DNA of 43,491 bases from a virus (taxonomy: Duplodnaviria; Heunggongvirae; Uroviricota; Caudoviricetes): IMG/VR virus record IMGVR_UViG_3300045972_000219; one strand, written 5' to 3'. Position numbers and translations under genes: made by a program. A model generated the notes under the pieces. That model ran no database searches, was not told the DNA's origin, and saw only the letters and a program-made list of their open reading frames with translations. Positions 1 through 9,113 of this stretch are shown here, piece by piece (the first letter of the stretch is position 1; every line of letters begins with the position of its first letter).

Positions 1-42
1 TGGACCGCCACCACGTAAACGTTTAGGAGCAATAGTTGCCAT
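1..42 (-). CDS. partial CDS running off the window start (MATIAPKRLRGGGP...)
   Basis: ATG at 42 just downstream of sbcD on the same strand, open to the window edge. Confidence 0.5.
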   Translation of the reverse strand, partial: MATIAPKRLRGGGP

Positions 43-65
43 AACACATCCCATTAATAGATAGT

Positions 66-1208
66 TTAATCATCATCATCATCACTTTTTTTATCTGGTG
101 TGATGCAGTCAGATATGACGTCAGTAGTATAGTTTTTACTATGTTTTAGCTCAATAAATTTGATAACAGTAGGTATTACACCGTCACCATTCGAGAATAT
201 AAATTCATAATCTTCAGATACGACTCTATTAGAAGCTACACCTTTGAAGTTCTTAATAACAACTCCATCAGACTCTGAAAAGTGTTCTCTAAGAATCATA
301 GTATCAGCATCTACACTATTACCTTTAGAATTGGTAAGAACTCTTAATTTAAAATTCTCAGACTTGAGCTTCTTTATAGCTTTTGTAATTGCAACTGCAT
401 CTGAACCATACTCTTCCTTAATATCATCTATGTGTACGGTTGTATATGTAGGAGCATCAGTGTTTACTATAAATTTAATAACGGCTTTACATTTATCAGG
501 ATCATACTCTATATAGTGAAATCCTTTAGGATCTTCCTCTCCAAAAGCAGTCCTTGAGAATGAACCATTATAGAATATACGCTCTTTATAGGATGAACGT
601 CTATGGATATGATTGAAAAATGAATAATTGCAATAGTTAATAAATTCCTTCTCACTAAATACTGGTGCTGACTTTATTGGTCTTTCAGACTCAAATACTT
701 GACACTTAAAAGCCTCAAATTCGTAAGTGCCATGCCCAAAAATAAAGTCATACTTACCACCTTCAAGTGTATCAAAGAACTGGGAGTAGTATTCTTTTTG
801 GTCTTCAGGATATTCTTCAGGTATATACAATACATGAAGATCATCCATCAACTCTTCATACTCAGCATTATTAATAATTCTAAAGTTAGTAGCGTCAGCT
901 TCTAGGTGTTTAAAATTATCTAGCTGATTATGGTCATGTGTTATTGTACCCTTTAATACACGCAACTTAGTACCAATCTCTTCACAACAACTTATTAGCT
1001 CGTACATGAATTTTAGAGCATATCTACAAGCTTCTGAATTGAGAGCTAACTTTCTGTCAAAGTAGTCACCTTCCATAATTACAAAGTCAGGTTCTTTTTC
1101 TTTGACAAATAACAGTAAATTATCTTTAAGTTCTTGATAAAGTTTCTTTGGATCACTAGCACCAAAGTGAACATCACCAAATGTAACACCTGTATATTTT
1201 CGTGACAT
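66..1208 (-). CDS. sbcD: SbcD/Mre11-like metallophosphoesterase nuclease
   Basis: Motifs GDVHFG, GDYFD, GTITHD, GHG, NHIH, YNGS; AGGAG RBS. Confidence 0.88.
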   Translation of the reverse strand: MSRKYTGVTFGDVHFGASDPKKLYQELKDNLLLFVKEKEPDFVIMEGDYFDRKLALNSEACRYALKFMYELISCCEEIGTKLRVLKGTITHDHNQLDNFKHLEADATNFRIINNAEYEELMDDLHVLYIPEEYPEDQKEYYSQFFDTLEGGKYDFIFGHGTYEFEAFKCQVFESERPIKSAPVFSEKEFINYCNYSFFNHIHRRSSYKERIFYNGSFSRTAFGEEDPKGFHYIEYDPDKCKAVIKFIVNTDAPTYTTVHIDDIKEEYGSDAVAITKAIKKLKSENFKLRVLTNSKGNSVDADTMILREHFSESDGVVIKNFKGVASNRVVSEDYEFIFSNGDGVIPTVIKFIELKHSKNYTTDVISDCITPDKKSDDDDD

Positions 1209-1229
1209 ATTGACTCCTGACTATATTAG

Positions 1230-1241
1230 TAAATGTCTGTT
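1230..1241 (-). promoter_or_regulatory. putative phage promoter AACA-N6-TA
   Basis: AACAGACATTTA just upstream of the sbcD RBS. Confidence 0.6.
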
Positions 1242-1285
1242 AGTATGACATTCACGATTTAAAAATCATTTAAGATGAGGTAGAT

Positions 1286-2227
1286 ATGAGAAATTTCTCA
1301 GAATATCAAATAGCTCAAGATTTAGAAAAATCTGCACAGCTTACAACTAAAGTTCGAAGCGTTATAGTTGATGCAGCTAAGTACAGAATCCAACCTACAG
1401 ATGTGGAAGATGCAATACGGACTATTTCTAGACGATTCAACTTTCCGTTAAAGAACAAATGTATTAATGATTATGATGATGGTAAATTAATTACTTTAAT
1501 GATGCCACCTGATAAATTAGATCTATTTCCAACATTATTACCATTTATAGCAGTACAAACTGGTAATGGATTTAAGTGTTTTGTAAACCTAACTCGTATG
1601 ATGACTAACACTAAAGCAGGAAATTACGATATAGAGCCACGTACTCTTTATGGTCTTCTTCAGTGTGGAGTTATAGCTAGAGAATTTGCAGAGAAGTGGA
1701 ATTCTATAGCAGCTAATCCAATCGTACTTAGAACTACATCTACAATATTCTCAAGATGTATGTTAAAGCTATCTGATAAATTATATGGTACAAGTTCAGA
1801 TCAAGTTAGTGCTGATCAAGTGTCATATGCATTTGCTAAATTCTTTTTGATTTATAGTATGGAAAGAACTGAATCTGAAGCAACTAATGCTATAGCTTTA
1901 AAAGCATGTCAGTTTAAAACTACAGAAGTGACTATTCGTCAAGTAGATAATTATATTGAGTCTTATGCAGATCCAGTAGCTTTTTATGCAGGATTAGCTG
2001 CTGCAGTTCATAAGTTAAAGAATGTTACTAGACATCAATTATTAAGTAATTTTATCGCCATGTATGGTACGTCCACTATATTTGGATTTGAAATTCCTTC
2101 ATATTTTGTAGCTCATATATGTGCTGCAATCGTAAGTGCAGGTCTTAATGCTGAAGCACGTTTTGAGTTAATTGCAGGTAAAGAAGGAATGGAACTATAC
2201 ACGGAATTAACACGTATTATACGTTAA
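1286..2227 (+). CDS. hypothetical protein (313 aa)
   Basis: Long ORF with GAGGT RBS; no recognised motif. Confidence 0.85.
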   Translation: MRNFSEYQIAQDLEKSAQLTTKVRSVIVDAAKYRIQPTDVEDAIRTISRRFNFPLKNKCINDYDDGKLITLMMPPDKLDLFPTLLPFIAVQTGNGFKCFVNLTRMMTNTKAGNYDIEPRTLYGLLQCGVIAREFAEKWNSIAANPIVLRTTSTIFSRCMLKLSDKLYGTSSDQVSADQVSYAFAKFFLIYSMERTESEATNAIALKACQFKTTEVTIRQVDNYIESYADPVAFYAGLAAAVHKLKNVTRHQLLSNFIAMYGTSTIFGFEIPSYFVAHICAAIVSAGLNAEARFELIAGKEGMELYTELTRIIR

Positions 2228-2245
2228 CTAAAAAGGAGAATTACA

Positions 2246-2563
2246 ATGGGAGTTCAAGATTTTTTAGCAAAAAATGGTTTGAAAGATATTAGTCTTTCAG
2301 AAGATGATTGCACTACAAGCTTTAAAGCTGATATCAAAAAAGGTGCAGATGAACTTAAGAGTGATGTTAAACAGGATACTAACCGATCTGATGACTGCTC
2401 CGATTCTTTTGTTGCTGATATCAAAAAAGGAACAGATGAATTAAAGACCATAGTTAAACCAGATATGGAAGCTGCAAGTGTTAGTTTTAAAGCTGAAAGT
2501 TTTCTTGAAAGTATTGGTATGAAAAGTACTATACCTCTTCATACTGAAGAAAAAGAAGTTTAA
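2246..2563 (+). CDS. small acidic protein with an internal 29-aa repeat
   Basis: AAGGAG RBS; DDCxxSFxADIKKGxDELK twice; DNA repeat gctgatatcaaaaaagg at 2327 and 2414. Confidence 0.8.
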   Translation: MGVQDFLAKNGLKDISLSEDDCTTSFKADIKKGADELKSDVKQDTNRSDDCSDSFVADIKKGTDELKTIVKPDMEAASVSFKAESFLESIGMKSTIPLHTEEKEV

Positions 2564-3306
2564 ATCATAGCTTTAATCATCATTAGAATGTAATGATAGT
2601 TGAAACTTATATCTAAATATTCAGTAATACCATCAAATGGTTGTTGCACACCAAAGATCATATTTCCCTCAGACTTTAGTTTGAAAGATAGATCTGAATT
2701 CATTTCTCGATAGTATTCTATGTCGAGATCCATATTTAAATACTCTCCTTGAACTGTCTTGAACAGTTCAAGGAGTTTATTCGATTTTAAGTTCTCTGCA
2801 GATTTAAGTATACCACCTATCAATGAAATCATATAAGGATTATGTGCATCAAGAATTTCTTGACCAAATCCTTTTACATCTATATTATCATTTCCATAGT
2901 AGAATTCTTTACCGTCTAGATTTACATAACTAGTATATCTATTCTTAGCAATAAACTCACATTCATAGAATTTAGTTATGGTTGGATTTACATCTGCTAC
3001 AAATACTGCATCATTTTTAATACTGATTATCTTACCACGATTTATTTCATTCTGCTCGACAAACATGTGTACTACTTCTTTCATCTTCCTACCAAATTCT
3101 CTAGAAAACTCTCGATCATTTTTACGTATCAAACCAACTTTAATAGATTTTTCAAGTTTCGATAGCTTCTCTAATTTAGTAATTGTTTTATCTGGAAGGA
3201 GTTTAAATGATTTGATAATAGACATTCCGGCATTTTTCATATCAAATTCAGTTATTTTTTGTCTACGTATATAACTTATATCCCGATTTGTGTAGGTAGT
3301 ACTCAT
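2560..3306 (-). CDS. miniature family-B DNA polymerase-like protein (palm/thumb only)
   Basis: EFDMKNAGMSI (motif A-like), KNDAVF (motif C-like), KNRY, DVKGF; likely ATG at 3306 after GGGGT. Confidence 0.55.
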   Translation of the reverse strand: MSTTYTNRDISYIRRQKITEFDMKNAGMSIIKSFKLLPDKTITKLEKLSKLEKSIKVGLIRKNDREFSREFGRKMKEVVHMFVEQNEINRGKIISIKNDAVFVADVNPTITKFYECEFIAKNRYTSYVNLDGKEFYYGNDNIDVKGFGQEILDAHNPYMISLIGGILKSAENLKSNKLLELFKTVQGEYLNMDLDIEYYREMNSDLSFKLKSEGNMIFGVQQPFDGITEYLDISFNYHYILMMIKAMI

Positions 3307-3308
3307 AA

Positions 3309-3713
3309 TTACCCCATTAAAAATATCTCTGCAGTATCCACCCAATAAGAAAATACAGTCATTATATCATATGCTTGCTCTTTACTATCTATATTATGAC
3401 CATTATAAGTAATAACTCTTTCATTATCCCAATTGCGATCTAATATCCCACCACATACTCCCATACAGGCACAATTACCTTCTACTGAAAAAGATCTAAG
3501 AAATAATGTATCATCTAAAAAAGTTGTTCTTACATATTTATATCCAACTAATTCACGAACATTTTCTTCAAATTTTCTCTGATGATCAAATTTAAAGTCT
3601 CTTGTTTTCTTAGCAAAATCTAAATCTAAATTGATAGAAAAACAGCAAGATCCTAATGATATATCAGTCCGTCTTGAATATCCAATCATTCTATATAATG
3701 ATTTACTAAGCAT
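3309..3713 (-). CDS. hypothetical protein
   Basis: ORF in a tight minus-strand operon. Confidence 0.75.
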   Translation of the reverse strand: MLSKSLYRMIGYSRRTDISLGSCCFSINLDLDFAKKTRDFKFDHQRKFEENVRELVGYKYVRTTFLDDTLFLRSFSVEGNCACMGVCGGILDRNWDNERVITYNGHNIDSKEQAYDIMTVFSYWVDTAEIFLMG

Positions 3714-3714
3714 A

Positions 3715-3879
3715 TTATTTCCTCACACATTCAAACCACATTATACCTCTTACTAAAACCCCACCACTATCGCTACATGACTTAGACATATTCCAAAAGT
3801 AGTATACCATTCCTGCAGTAATAGCTACTATTGATAAAATAATAAATGCCTCAAGGAATTTACTCCAAAAATATTTCAT
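3715..3879 (-). CDS. small membrane protein (54 aa, MKYFWSKFLEAFIILSIVAITAGMVYYFW...)
   Basis: Read by hand; GGAG RBS, TAATG coupling to gmk, one hydrophobic helix, fills the gap. Confidence 0.65.
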   Translation of the reverse strand: MKYFWSKFLEAFIILSIVAITAGMVYYFWNMSKSCSDSGGVLVRGIMWFECVRK

Positions 3880-4469
3880 TAGAACATCTCCTTATATCCA
3901 ATACGATTTAGGGTTTCCATAACTCCAAGCACGTTGGAATTGATAGAAAGATAGTTCTCTATGCAATTAGTTAATTCTTCTACTGTTAAATAGTTATCAG
4001 TTACATCAAACACTAGATCACATAAACTCAATACTTTTAGTTCATTTTGTAAGAATTCAATATCACGATCTGGTCGATTTACCTTCATCTTGAGATAACC
4101 AAGGTTCTTATGATCCAGACCTACTTTAATCAATAGTGAATATTTATGACTAGCATTGATCAGATCAATCAGACCACCTTCACTAGCTATTACCACACCA
4201 ATTTTGCCCCCCAAGTGGTCAGGTACTTTAGTGCCATAAAAATGATTATTAAAATGCACACGGCAGACCAAATCTCTTTCAATACTGTCATACTCTTCTT
4301 TAGTGATAAAGTCATATGTATCTCCTTCATTTGGTCGTTGAGCACGAGTTGTTACCTGACGTAGTATTCTAAATGCAAAAGGGTTACTAGCCACAAGATT
4401 ATTCATTAAATAAGTCTTTCCAGTTCCACTAGGGGCACAAATAGCTAATAATACATTTTCTGATTTCAT
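3879..4469 (-). CDS. gmk: guanylate kinase-like nucleoside monophosphate kinase
   Basis: P-loop APSGTGKT, TTRAQRPNE, YDFIT, HFYGT. Confidence 0.85.
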   Translation of the reverse strand: MKSENVLLAICAPSGTGKTYLMNNLVASNPFAFRILRQVTTRAQRPNEGDTYDFITKEEYDSIERDLVCRVHFNNHFYGTKVPDHLGGKIGVVIASEGGLIDLINASHKYSLLIKVGLDHKNLGYLKMKVNRPDRDIEFLQNELKVLSLCDLVFDVTDNYLTVEELTNCIENYLSINSNVLGVMETLNRIGYKEMF

Positions 4470-4563
4470 ACAAAAATCCTTTCAAGTGAATATTATATAT
4501 CAGTATATTAGTTTTGATATTTTAAAGTGTCAATAACCTATTATTACCACACACTATGAAAGG

Positions 4564-5064
4564 ATGTATATGGAAAGATTAAAAAGTAAATTTAATATAG
4601 ATGATGTTAAATCTGAAGTATACAGACTTACAGGTGATGAATATACTGTAATCGATGATACATACCCTGGATACCATCAAGGAATACTTATTAGACATAA
4701 TCTTTGTGGACATATTAATAAAATGTCAATACGTAATTTTAAAGGAGGTAGAAGATGCAGGGCATGTTCTCAGAAGATAAACTCTCAAAAAGGTGGAGAT
4801 GCTGTAAGGAAAAATATACAGTGGGCTAATCAGGTCGTATCTAATGTTGGAGGTTATGATATCATAGGTAGTATCTATATTAATGTACATGTTAAAATAT
4901 TATTTAGACATCAAGAATGTGGCAATGTTTTTCTATGCTCCGTGAATAAGTTTAAGCAAGGAAAGAGATGTCCTATATGTACACAAAATAAAGATATCAT
5001 TGCACCTGAAGAAAAAATTATAATAGAAAAGAAAAGATCATTTTGGGATTGGAATTCAAATTAA
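4564..5064 (+). CDS. zinc-ribbon repeat protein (homing-endonuclease DNA-binding type, no nuclease domain)
   Basis: Two HxxCG...RCxxC repeats like those in 22459..23442. Confidence 0.7.
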   Translation: MYMERLKSKFNIDDVKSEVYRLTGDEYTVIDDTYPGYHQGILIRHNLCGHINKMSIRNFKGGRRCRACSQKINSQKGGDAVRKNIQWANQVVSNVGGYDIIGSIYINVHVKILFRHQECGNVFLCSVNKFKQGKRCPICTQNKDIIAPEEKIIIEKKRSFWDWNSN

Positions 5065-5075
5065 AAGGAGAGTGT

Positions 5076-6446
5076 ATGAAATTAGAGTTTATTAACATTC
5101 AGGATTACGGTCAAGACAATGATCTACAATTAATTACGAACGTTGACAGTGTAAATAAAGACAAGAAGATGGCAATAGATGGTCTGTATTCAGAAAAAAT
5201 ATTTGGAAAGATGTATGGTGATAGTGCTACATATAATTGTAAATGTGGTAAGCTGCAGGGCAAGTTTCATCTAAATAGCATATGTGATGCTTGTAAATCT
5301 CCAGTTGAAAAGAAAGATAGTATTATTAAGAAATTTGGAGCAATTTACTTTGGTGATGAAAATTATCTAATTAATCCATTCTTTTATCTCTTATTTGAGA
5401 AAAAGATATTTGGTAAAGTAATCATTGATAAGATTGCAGGATTTGAAGGCAAGCTTGATATTGATGGTAATATCGAATATGAGGATGGACCAGTATCAGA
5501 GTTCAGTCACTTTTACAATAAGGGTATAGAATGGCTGATTGATAACTTTACAGAAGTGTGGACTGTTGCAAAAAATGTTGCACTGAAGAAAGGACAGATG
5601 GATTATGTTAAACTTGTGGAAGATAATATTGATAATCTATTCATTAGTTATTTGCCTGTGTTTAGCCACAGATTACGTCCCGCAATACTTATCAACGAAA
5701 AGCTTACTTTCGATAAGATTAATAATCATTATCTCCAACTTGTTTCTTTGGCTAACAGTCTACAAGGTATTAAAGATGGAAAAGAACTTAACAAAATCCC
5801 ATTAATGTTTGAAATGCAGAAAACTATAAACTTAATACATGACAGGATTATTGATATTGTATCAGGTAAAACTGGATTCATTAGATCTAATTTAATCGGT
5901 AATCGCTTAAACTTCAATTCACGTATGGTTATTGTTCCTCTAGAAGCAGGATTTGACATTGATGAAATACATATTCCATATTTAGCAGGTTTGGAACTGT
6001 ACAAATTTCATATTATGAACATACTAGTAAAGACACATAGTATGAGTCAGGTAGATGCGTTAAAAGAATGGACTAAAGCATCAGTTAAATTCTCAAGACG
6101 TATTTATGAAATTATGAATAGTTTCATTAATGCAGGTGCTAATGTCCTGATAAATCGTAACCCATCCATCAGTATAGGTTCAATATTATTTATGAGACTT
6201 ACACATATCAAAGAAGATATAACCGATATGACTATGTCTGTACCAAATAATATTCTAAAGCTAGTCGGGGGTGATTTTGATGGCGATGTTCTTGCATTGT
6301 ATCTAGTTTTAGACAATCAGTATAAAAAGTATTTTGAAGCATTCAATCCTAAACATCTTGTTCTATCGCCAAATGATGGTCATTTTAATCATTTCTTGGC
6401 GTTAGACAAAGATCACTGTCTTGGCCTTACAAGCCTTACAATTTGA
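5076..6446 (+). CDS. rpoC: phage RNA polymerase beta' N-terminal/middle subunit (likely non-virion RNAP)
   Basis: GLYSEKIFG, zinc finger CKCG...CDAC, GNRLNFNSRMVI, NRNPSI, catalytic GGDFDGD; AAGGAG RBS before ATG 5076. Confidence 0.92.
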   Translation: MKLEFINIQDYGQDNDLQLITNVDSVNKDKKMAIDGLYSEKIFGKMYGDSATYNCKCGKLQGKFHLNSICDACKSPVEKKDSIIKKFGAIYFGDENYLINPFFYLLFEKKIFGKVIIDKIAGFEGKLDIDGNIEYEDGPVSEFSHFYNKGIEWLIDNFTEVWTVAKNVALKKGQMDYVKLVEDNIDNLFISYLPVFSHRLRPAILINEKLTFDKINNHYLQLVSLANSLQGIKDGKELNKIPLMFEMQKTINLIHDRIIDIVSGKTGFIRSNLIGNRLNFNSRMVIVPLEAGFDIDEIHIPYLAGLELYKFHIMNILVKTHSMSQVDALKEWTKASVKFSRRIYEIMNSFINAGANVLINRNPSISIGSILFMRLTHIKEDITDMTMSVPNNILKLVGGDFDGDVLALYLVLDNQYKKYFEAFNPKHLVLSPNDGHFNHFLALDKDHCLGLTSLTI

Positions 6447-6453
6447 GGTTTAT

Positions 6454-6654
6454 ATGATCTTGTTTCCTAAGAAAACAATTCACCATTGTAGGGCAGATGT
6501 TGGATGTGAAATATGTGGTTGTAAATTAATAGAGAAGGTTAATACAATCACAGGAGAATTCTTCTTAGTGTGTAATTTATGTAAGAAAACAAGATCATAT
6601 ACCTATGAAGAACTAAATAAAATGATAGGAGGAGATAAAGATGACATTTCATGA
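6454..6654 (+). CDS. small zinc-ribbon protein
   Basis: CEIC...CNLC; GAGG RBS before ATG 6454. Confidence 0.65.
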   Translation: MILFPKKTIHHCRADVGCEICGCKLIEKVNTITGEFFLVCNLCKKTRSYTYEELNKMIGGDKDDIS

Positions 6655-7042
6655 AAACATTAGTAAACTACGCAATTTAGTCATGAGTATCAACATTCCT
6701 GATAATCAAAGAGAAATGATTATGGGTTGTATACAAGAGATACATGCTGAAGTTCACTCTAAAGTGGATCTATATGATGTAAATGATCATGAAAAAGGTA
6801 AAATTATTACTTTTGAAAAGCAGATTAATTTAGACCTACATGAGACTCTCAAAGAGTATGATGAACTTCTGATTGAGCTTAAAGCTTCTATTCTTGATCA
6901 ATCAATTAGAGAAAGTGAAAGAAAGATGCTGACTAAAATAAATGATCAGTATGGTAGGAGGGTAAAAGATCATGACAGGTCTCATTTATGCGCTCTTCAA
7001 CAAGAGAATGAGAAAGAAATTCAAGAAGATAGCAAAGGTTGA
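6641..7042 (+). CDS. hypothetical protein
   Basis: AGGAGG RBS; operon context. Confidence 0.7.
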   Translation: MTFHENISKLRNLVMSINIPDNQREMIMGCIQEIHAEVHSKVDLYDVNDHEKGKIITFEKQINLDLHETLKEYDELLIELKASILDQSIRESERKMLTKINDQYGRRVKDHDRSHLCALQQENEKEIQEDSKG

Positions 7043-7340
7043 TGAAGGAGATATCATTGCTATTTTTAAGAATGGTGATTTTTCACATTTTGCTAGGATA
7101 GAACGTATTCAAAAAGATAATGATGATCTAGATCATTATAAAATAGATATGATAAATCTAGAAGTACCTATCACTCATAGTGCATGGGTACTAAAACCTG
7201 AATTCTTCAATATGCATCCATTCACAATATTTGATGATAATATTCAAATATCAAGAGTAGAAAAGATGAAATTTTCAAAATACAAACTACCAGATAATGT
7301 AGTCATACTAAATGAATGGAGGAAAAAAGATGAACAGTGA
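6972..7340 (+). CDS. hypothetical protein
   Basis: AGGAGG RBS; overlaps the upstream ORF by about 70 nt. Confidence 0.7.
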   Translation: MTGLIYALFNKRMRKKFKKIAKVDEGDIIAIFKNGDFSHFARIERIQKDNDDLDHYKIDMINLEVPITHSAWVLKPEFFNMHPFTIFDDNIQISRVEKMKFSKYKLPDNVVILNEWRKKDEQ

Positions 7341-7521
7341 ATCAATTAGTGGTACAGCACTTCAAAGTCGTGATGATGTTGTTGAAAATGTAATGAAACT
7401 TCCTAATTCATATAGACCTCGAAATAAAGTAAGCCACGCAGGTTCAGTTTCTAAAAAAGATAAGGCAAGCCGTAGGGCTGCAAATAAGAAAGCTAGAGCA
7501 TCACGTCGCAAAAATAACTAA
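7330..7521 (+). CDS. small protein with a basic C-terminal tail
   Basis: GGAGG RBS; tail KKDKASRRAANKKARASRRKNN. Confidence 0.65.
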   Translation: MNSESISGTALQSRDDVVENVMKLPNSYRPRNKVSHAGSVSKKDKASRRAANKKARASRRKNN

Positions 7522-7613
7522 CAGATAATTGTAACGCTTGAACCACAGCGGCCAGTACTATACGTACGGTAAAGGGTAAAAAGTACCTATTTTCGGTCAA
7601 GTGTAATACACAT

Positions 7614-7644
7614 ACAGAGGATCTCCATATAGGAGATCCTCTGT
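7614..7644. promoter_or_regulatory. perfect 13-bp hairpin (terminator or processing site)
   Basis: acagaggatctcc-atata-ggagatcctctgt. Confidence 0.6.
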
Positions 7645-7663
7645 TAATAATCATGAGGTGTCT

Positions 7664-8089
7664 ATGAGTGAAGTTAACACTACTGACGAAGAAGTTAACG
7701 ATCAACAAGAAGAATCATCATCAAAAGCAACTAAAAGAAAAGTTTACGATAAGCCATATAGAGTAACAGTAAATATCCACGAAGATAACACTAACAAGGT
7801 ATTAAACTTAAGATGCTCTAGTCAATTTGAAGCCAGATGTATGGCACTAGTCAAAATGATTAATGAACTAAACTATGAACTTATGGAATTCCATGTTACA
7901 AAAGATCCAGTTCCATTCTATAGATCATCAAAAAATGGTGTTATCAATTATAAAGGAGAAGTAGTCTTTGAATGTGATGACATGGATGCAACAAAGGATA
8001 TACTTTTTATAATTGAATCTGGATTAGCTAAGTCTGATGACGAAGTTAAAATTATGAAAGAAATGGAGAAACTTGGATGGGAAATATAG
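7664..8089 (+). CDS. hypothetical protein
   Basis: GAGGTG RBS before ATG 7664. Confidence 0.75.
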   Translation: MSEVNTTDEEVNDQQEESSSKATKRKVYDKPYRVTVNIHEDNTNKVLNLRCSSQFEARCMALVKMINELNYELMEFHVTKDPVPFYRSSKNGVINYKGEVVFECDDMDATKDILFIIESGLAKSDDEVKIMKEMEKLGWEI

Positions 8090-8310
8090 ATCCTCAGCTA
8101 CTAGTGTTTGTAGGTAATCATCCAGTAGTGGCATGTTTTGCAATGCTATTTTCTACAGCATTTGTAATTTCATTAATGTCATTACCATTTACATTTATGA
8201 TGAGACTTGTTAATAGAGTTATTAGACATTTAAATATTTCAAAATGTGGGTGGCCACCAAGTCATCTTGATGCAGATGGTGACTGGAAACAAACAGAGGA
8301 GGAAGATTAA
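8077..8310 (+). CDS. small membrane protein
   Basis: Hydrophobic segment; C-terminal GWPPSHLDADGDW. Confidence 0.7.
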   Translation: MGNIDPQLLVFVGNHPVVACFAMLFSTAFVISLMSLPFTFMMRLVNRVIRHLNISKCGWPPSHLDADGDWKQTEEED

Positions 8311-8316
8311 AATATT

Positions 8317-8493
8317 ATGTCTACCACTAAGATGATTCGGAATGACAAAAAAAGAAATTGTACCAAATGCGATAGTAAAATTGTTGATGGACAAATAGTT
8401 ATTGTAAGATTATCGGCAAAAAATAAAATTCAAGAGTATCTATGCTCTGAAAAATGTGTTAAGGGAGAAATCAATGAAAATGCAACTAGGTGA
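8317..8493 (+). CDS. small zinc-finger protein (58 aa)
   Basis: Read by hand: MSTTKMIRNDKKRNCTKC...YLCSEKC. Confidence 0.55.
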   Translation: MSTTKMIRNDKKRNCTKCDSKIVDGQIVIVRLSAKNKIQEYLCSEKCVKGEINENATR

Positions 8494-8827
8494 TTATAGT
8501 GCTATGTTTTTCAATAAAGAAATTGATGGATTAATATGGGTTGGAAAAATTGGTATGATCCATGCTGAACTTGCATCAGGAAATACTGCATGTATAAAGT
8601 TTATCCCTGTTGCTAAATTTGATTCTATATCTGGATTCGAAGTTGAGATTAAAGGAGTTGATAAAGAAACATTTATCTTTGGTGACTACTTTGAATCTAC
8701 TAAAATAAATCCAAACTTCGTATTTAAATTAGGGACGTGGGAAGAAGATAAACCATCTCCTGAAGATGTAAAAGGCTATATTGAAACTATTACTGACTAT
8801 ATTGAACTTGCATTGAATGTAGAATAA
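8474..8827 (+). CDS. hypothetical protein
   Basis: GGGAG RBS before ATG 8474; followed by a terminator. Confidence 0.75.
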   Translation: MKMQLGDYSAMFFNKEIDGLIWVGKIGMIHAELASGNTACIKFIPVAKFDSISGFEVEIKGVDKETFIFGDYFESTKINPNFVFKLGTWEEDKPSPEDVKGYIETITDYIELALNVE

Positions 8828-8870
8828 AAAAGAAGCAACTACCCTATAAAGGTAGTTGCTTCTTTTTTTT
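8826..8870 (+). terminator. intrinsic terminator, possibly bidirectional
   Basis: agaagcaactacc-ctataaa-ggtagttgcttct with a T tract. Confidence 0.85.
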
Positions 8871-8878
8871 ATTACATA

Positions 8879-8890
8879 AACATTTAATTA
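8879..8890 (+). promoter_or_regulatory. putative late promoter AACA-N6-TA
   Basis: AACATTTAATTA ahead of the tail-fibre operon; same 12-mer at 24860..24871 on the minus strand. Confidence 0.65.
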
Positions 8891-8921
8891 GGAAGTTAAC
8901 ATTATTTAATGGAGTCATGTT

Positions 8922-9101
8922 ATGATATTACTATCAACTGAGAGAAGTCCTTGTTTGAATTGCGAAATACATAATTACGAAGTTAACAAAAATTTATGTA
9001 TTGATAGGGGTTGTCCTGATGTTGCTAGATATAGAGAACAAGTAGCTGATGTGAGTTTAATTCAGTGTACTTTAAATAATTCATATTACACATTTAGATA
9101 A
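8922..9101 (+). CDS. small Cys-rich protein (59 aa)
   Basis: Read by hand: MILLSTERSPCLNCEIH...; GGAG RBS; stop abuts the next RBS. Confidence 0.6.
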   Translation: MILLSTERSPCLNCEIHNYEVNKNLCIDRGCPDVARYREQVADVSLIQCTLNNSYYTFR

Positions 9102-9113
9102 AGGAGAATCAAA

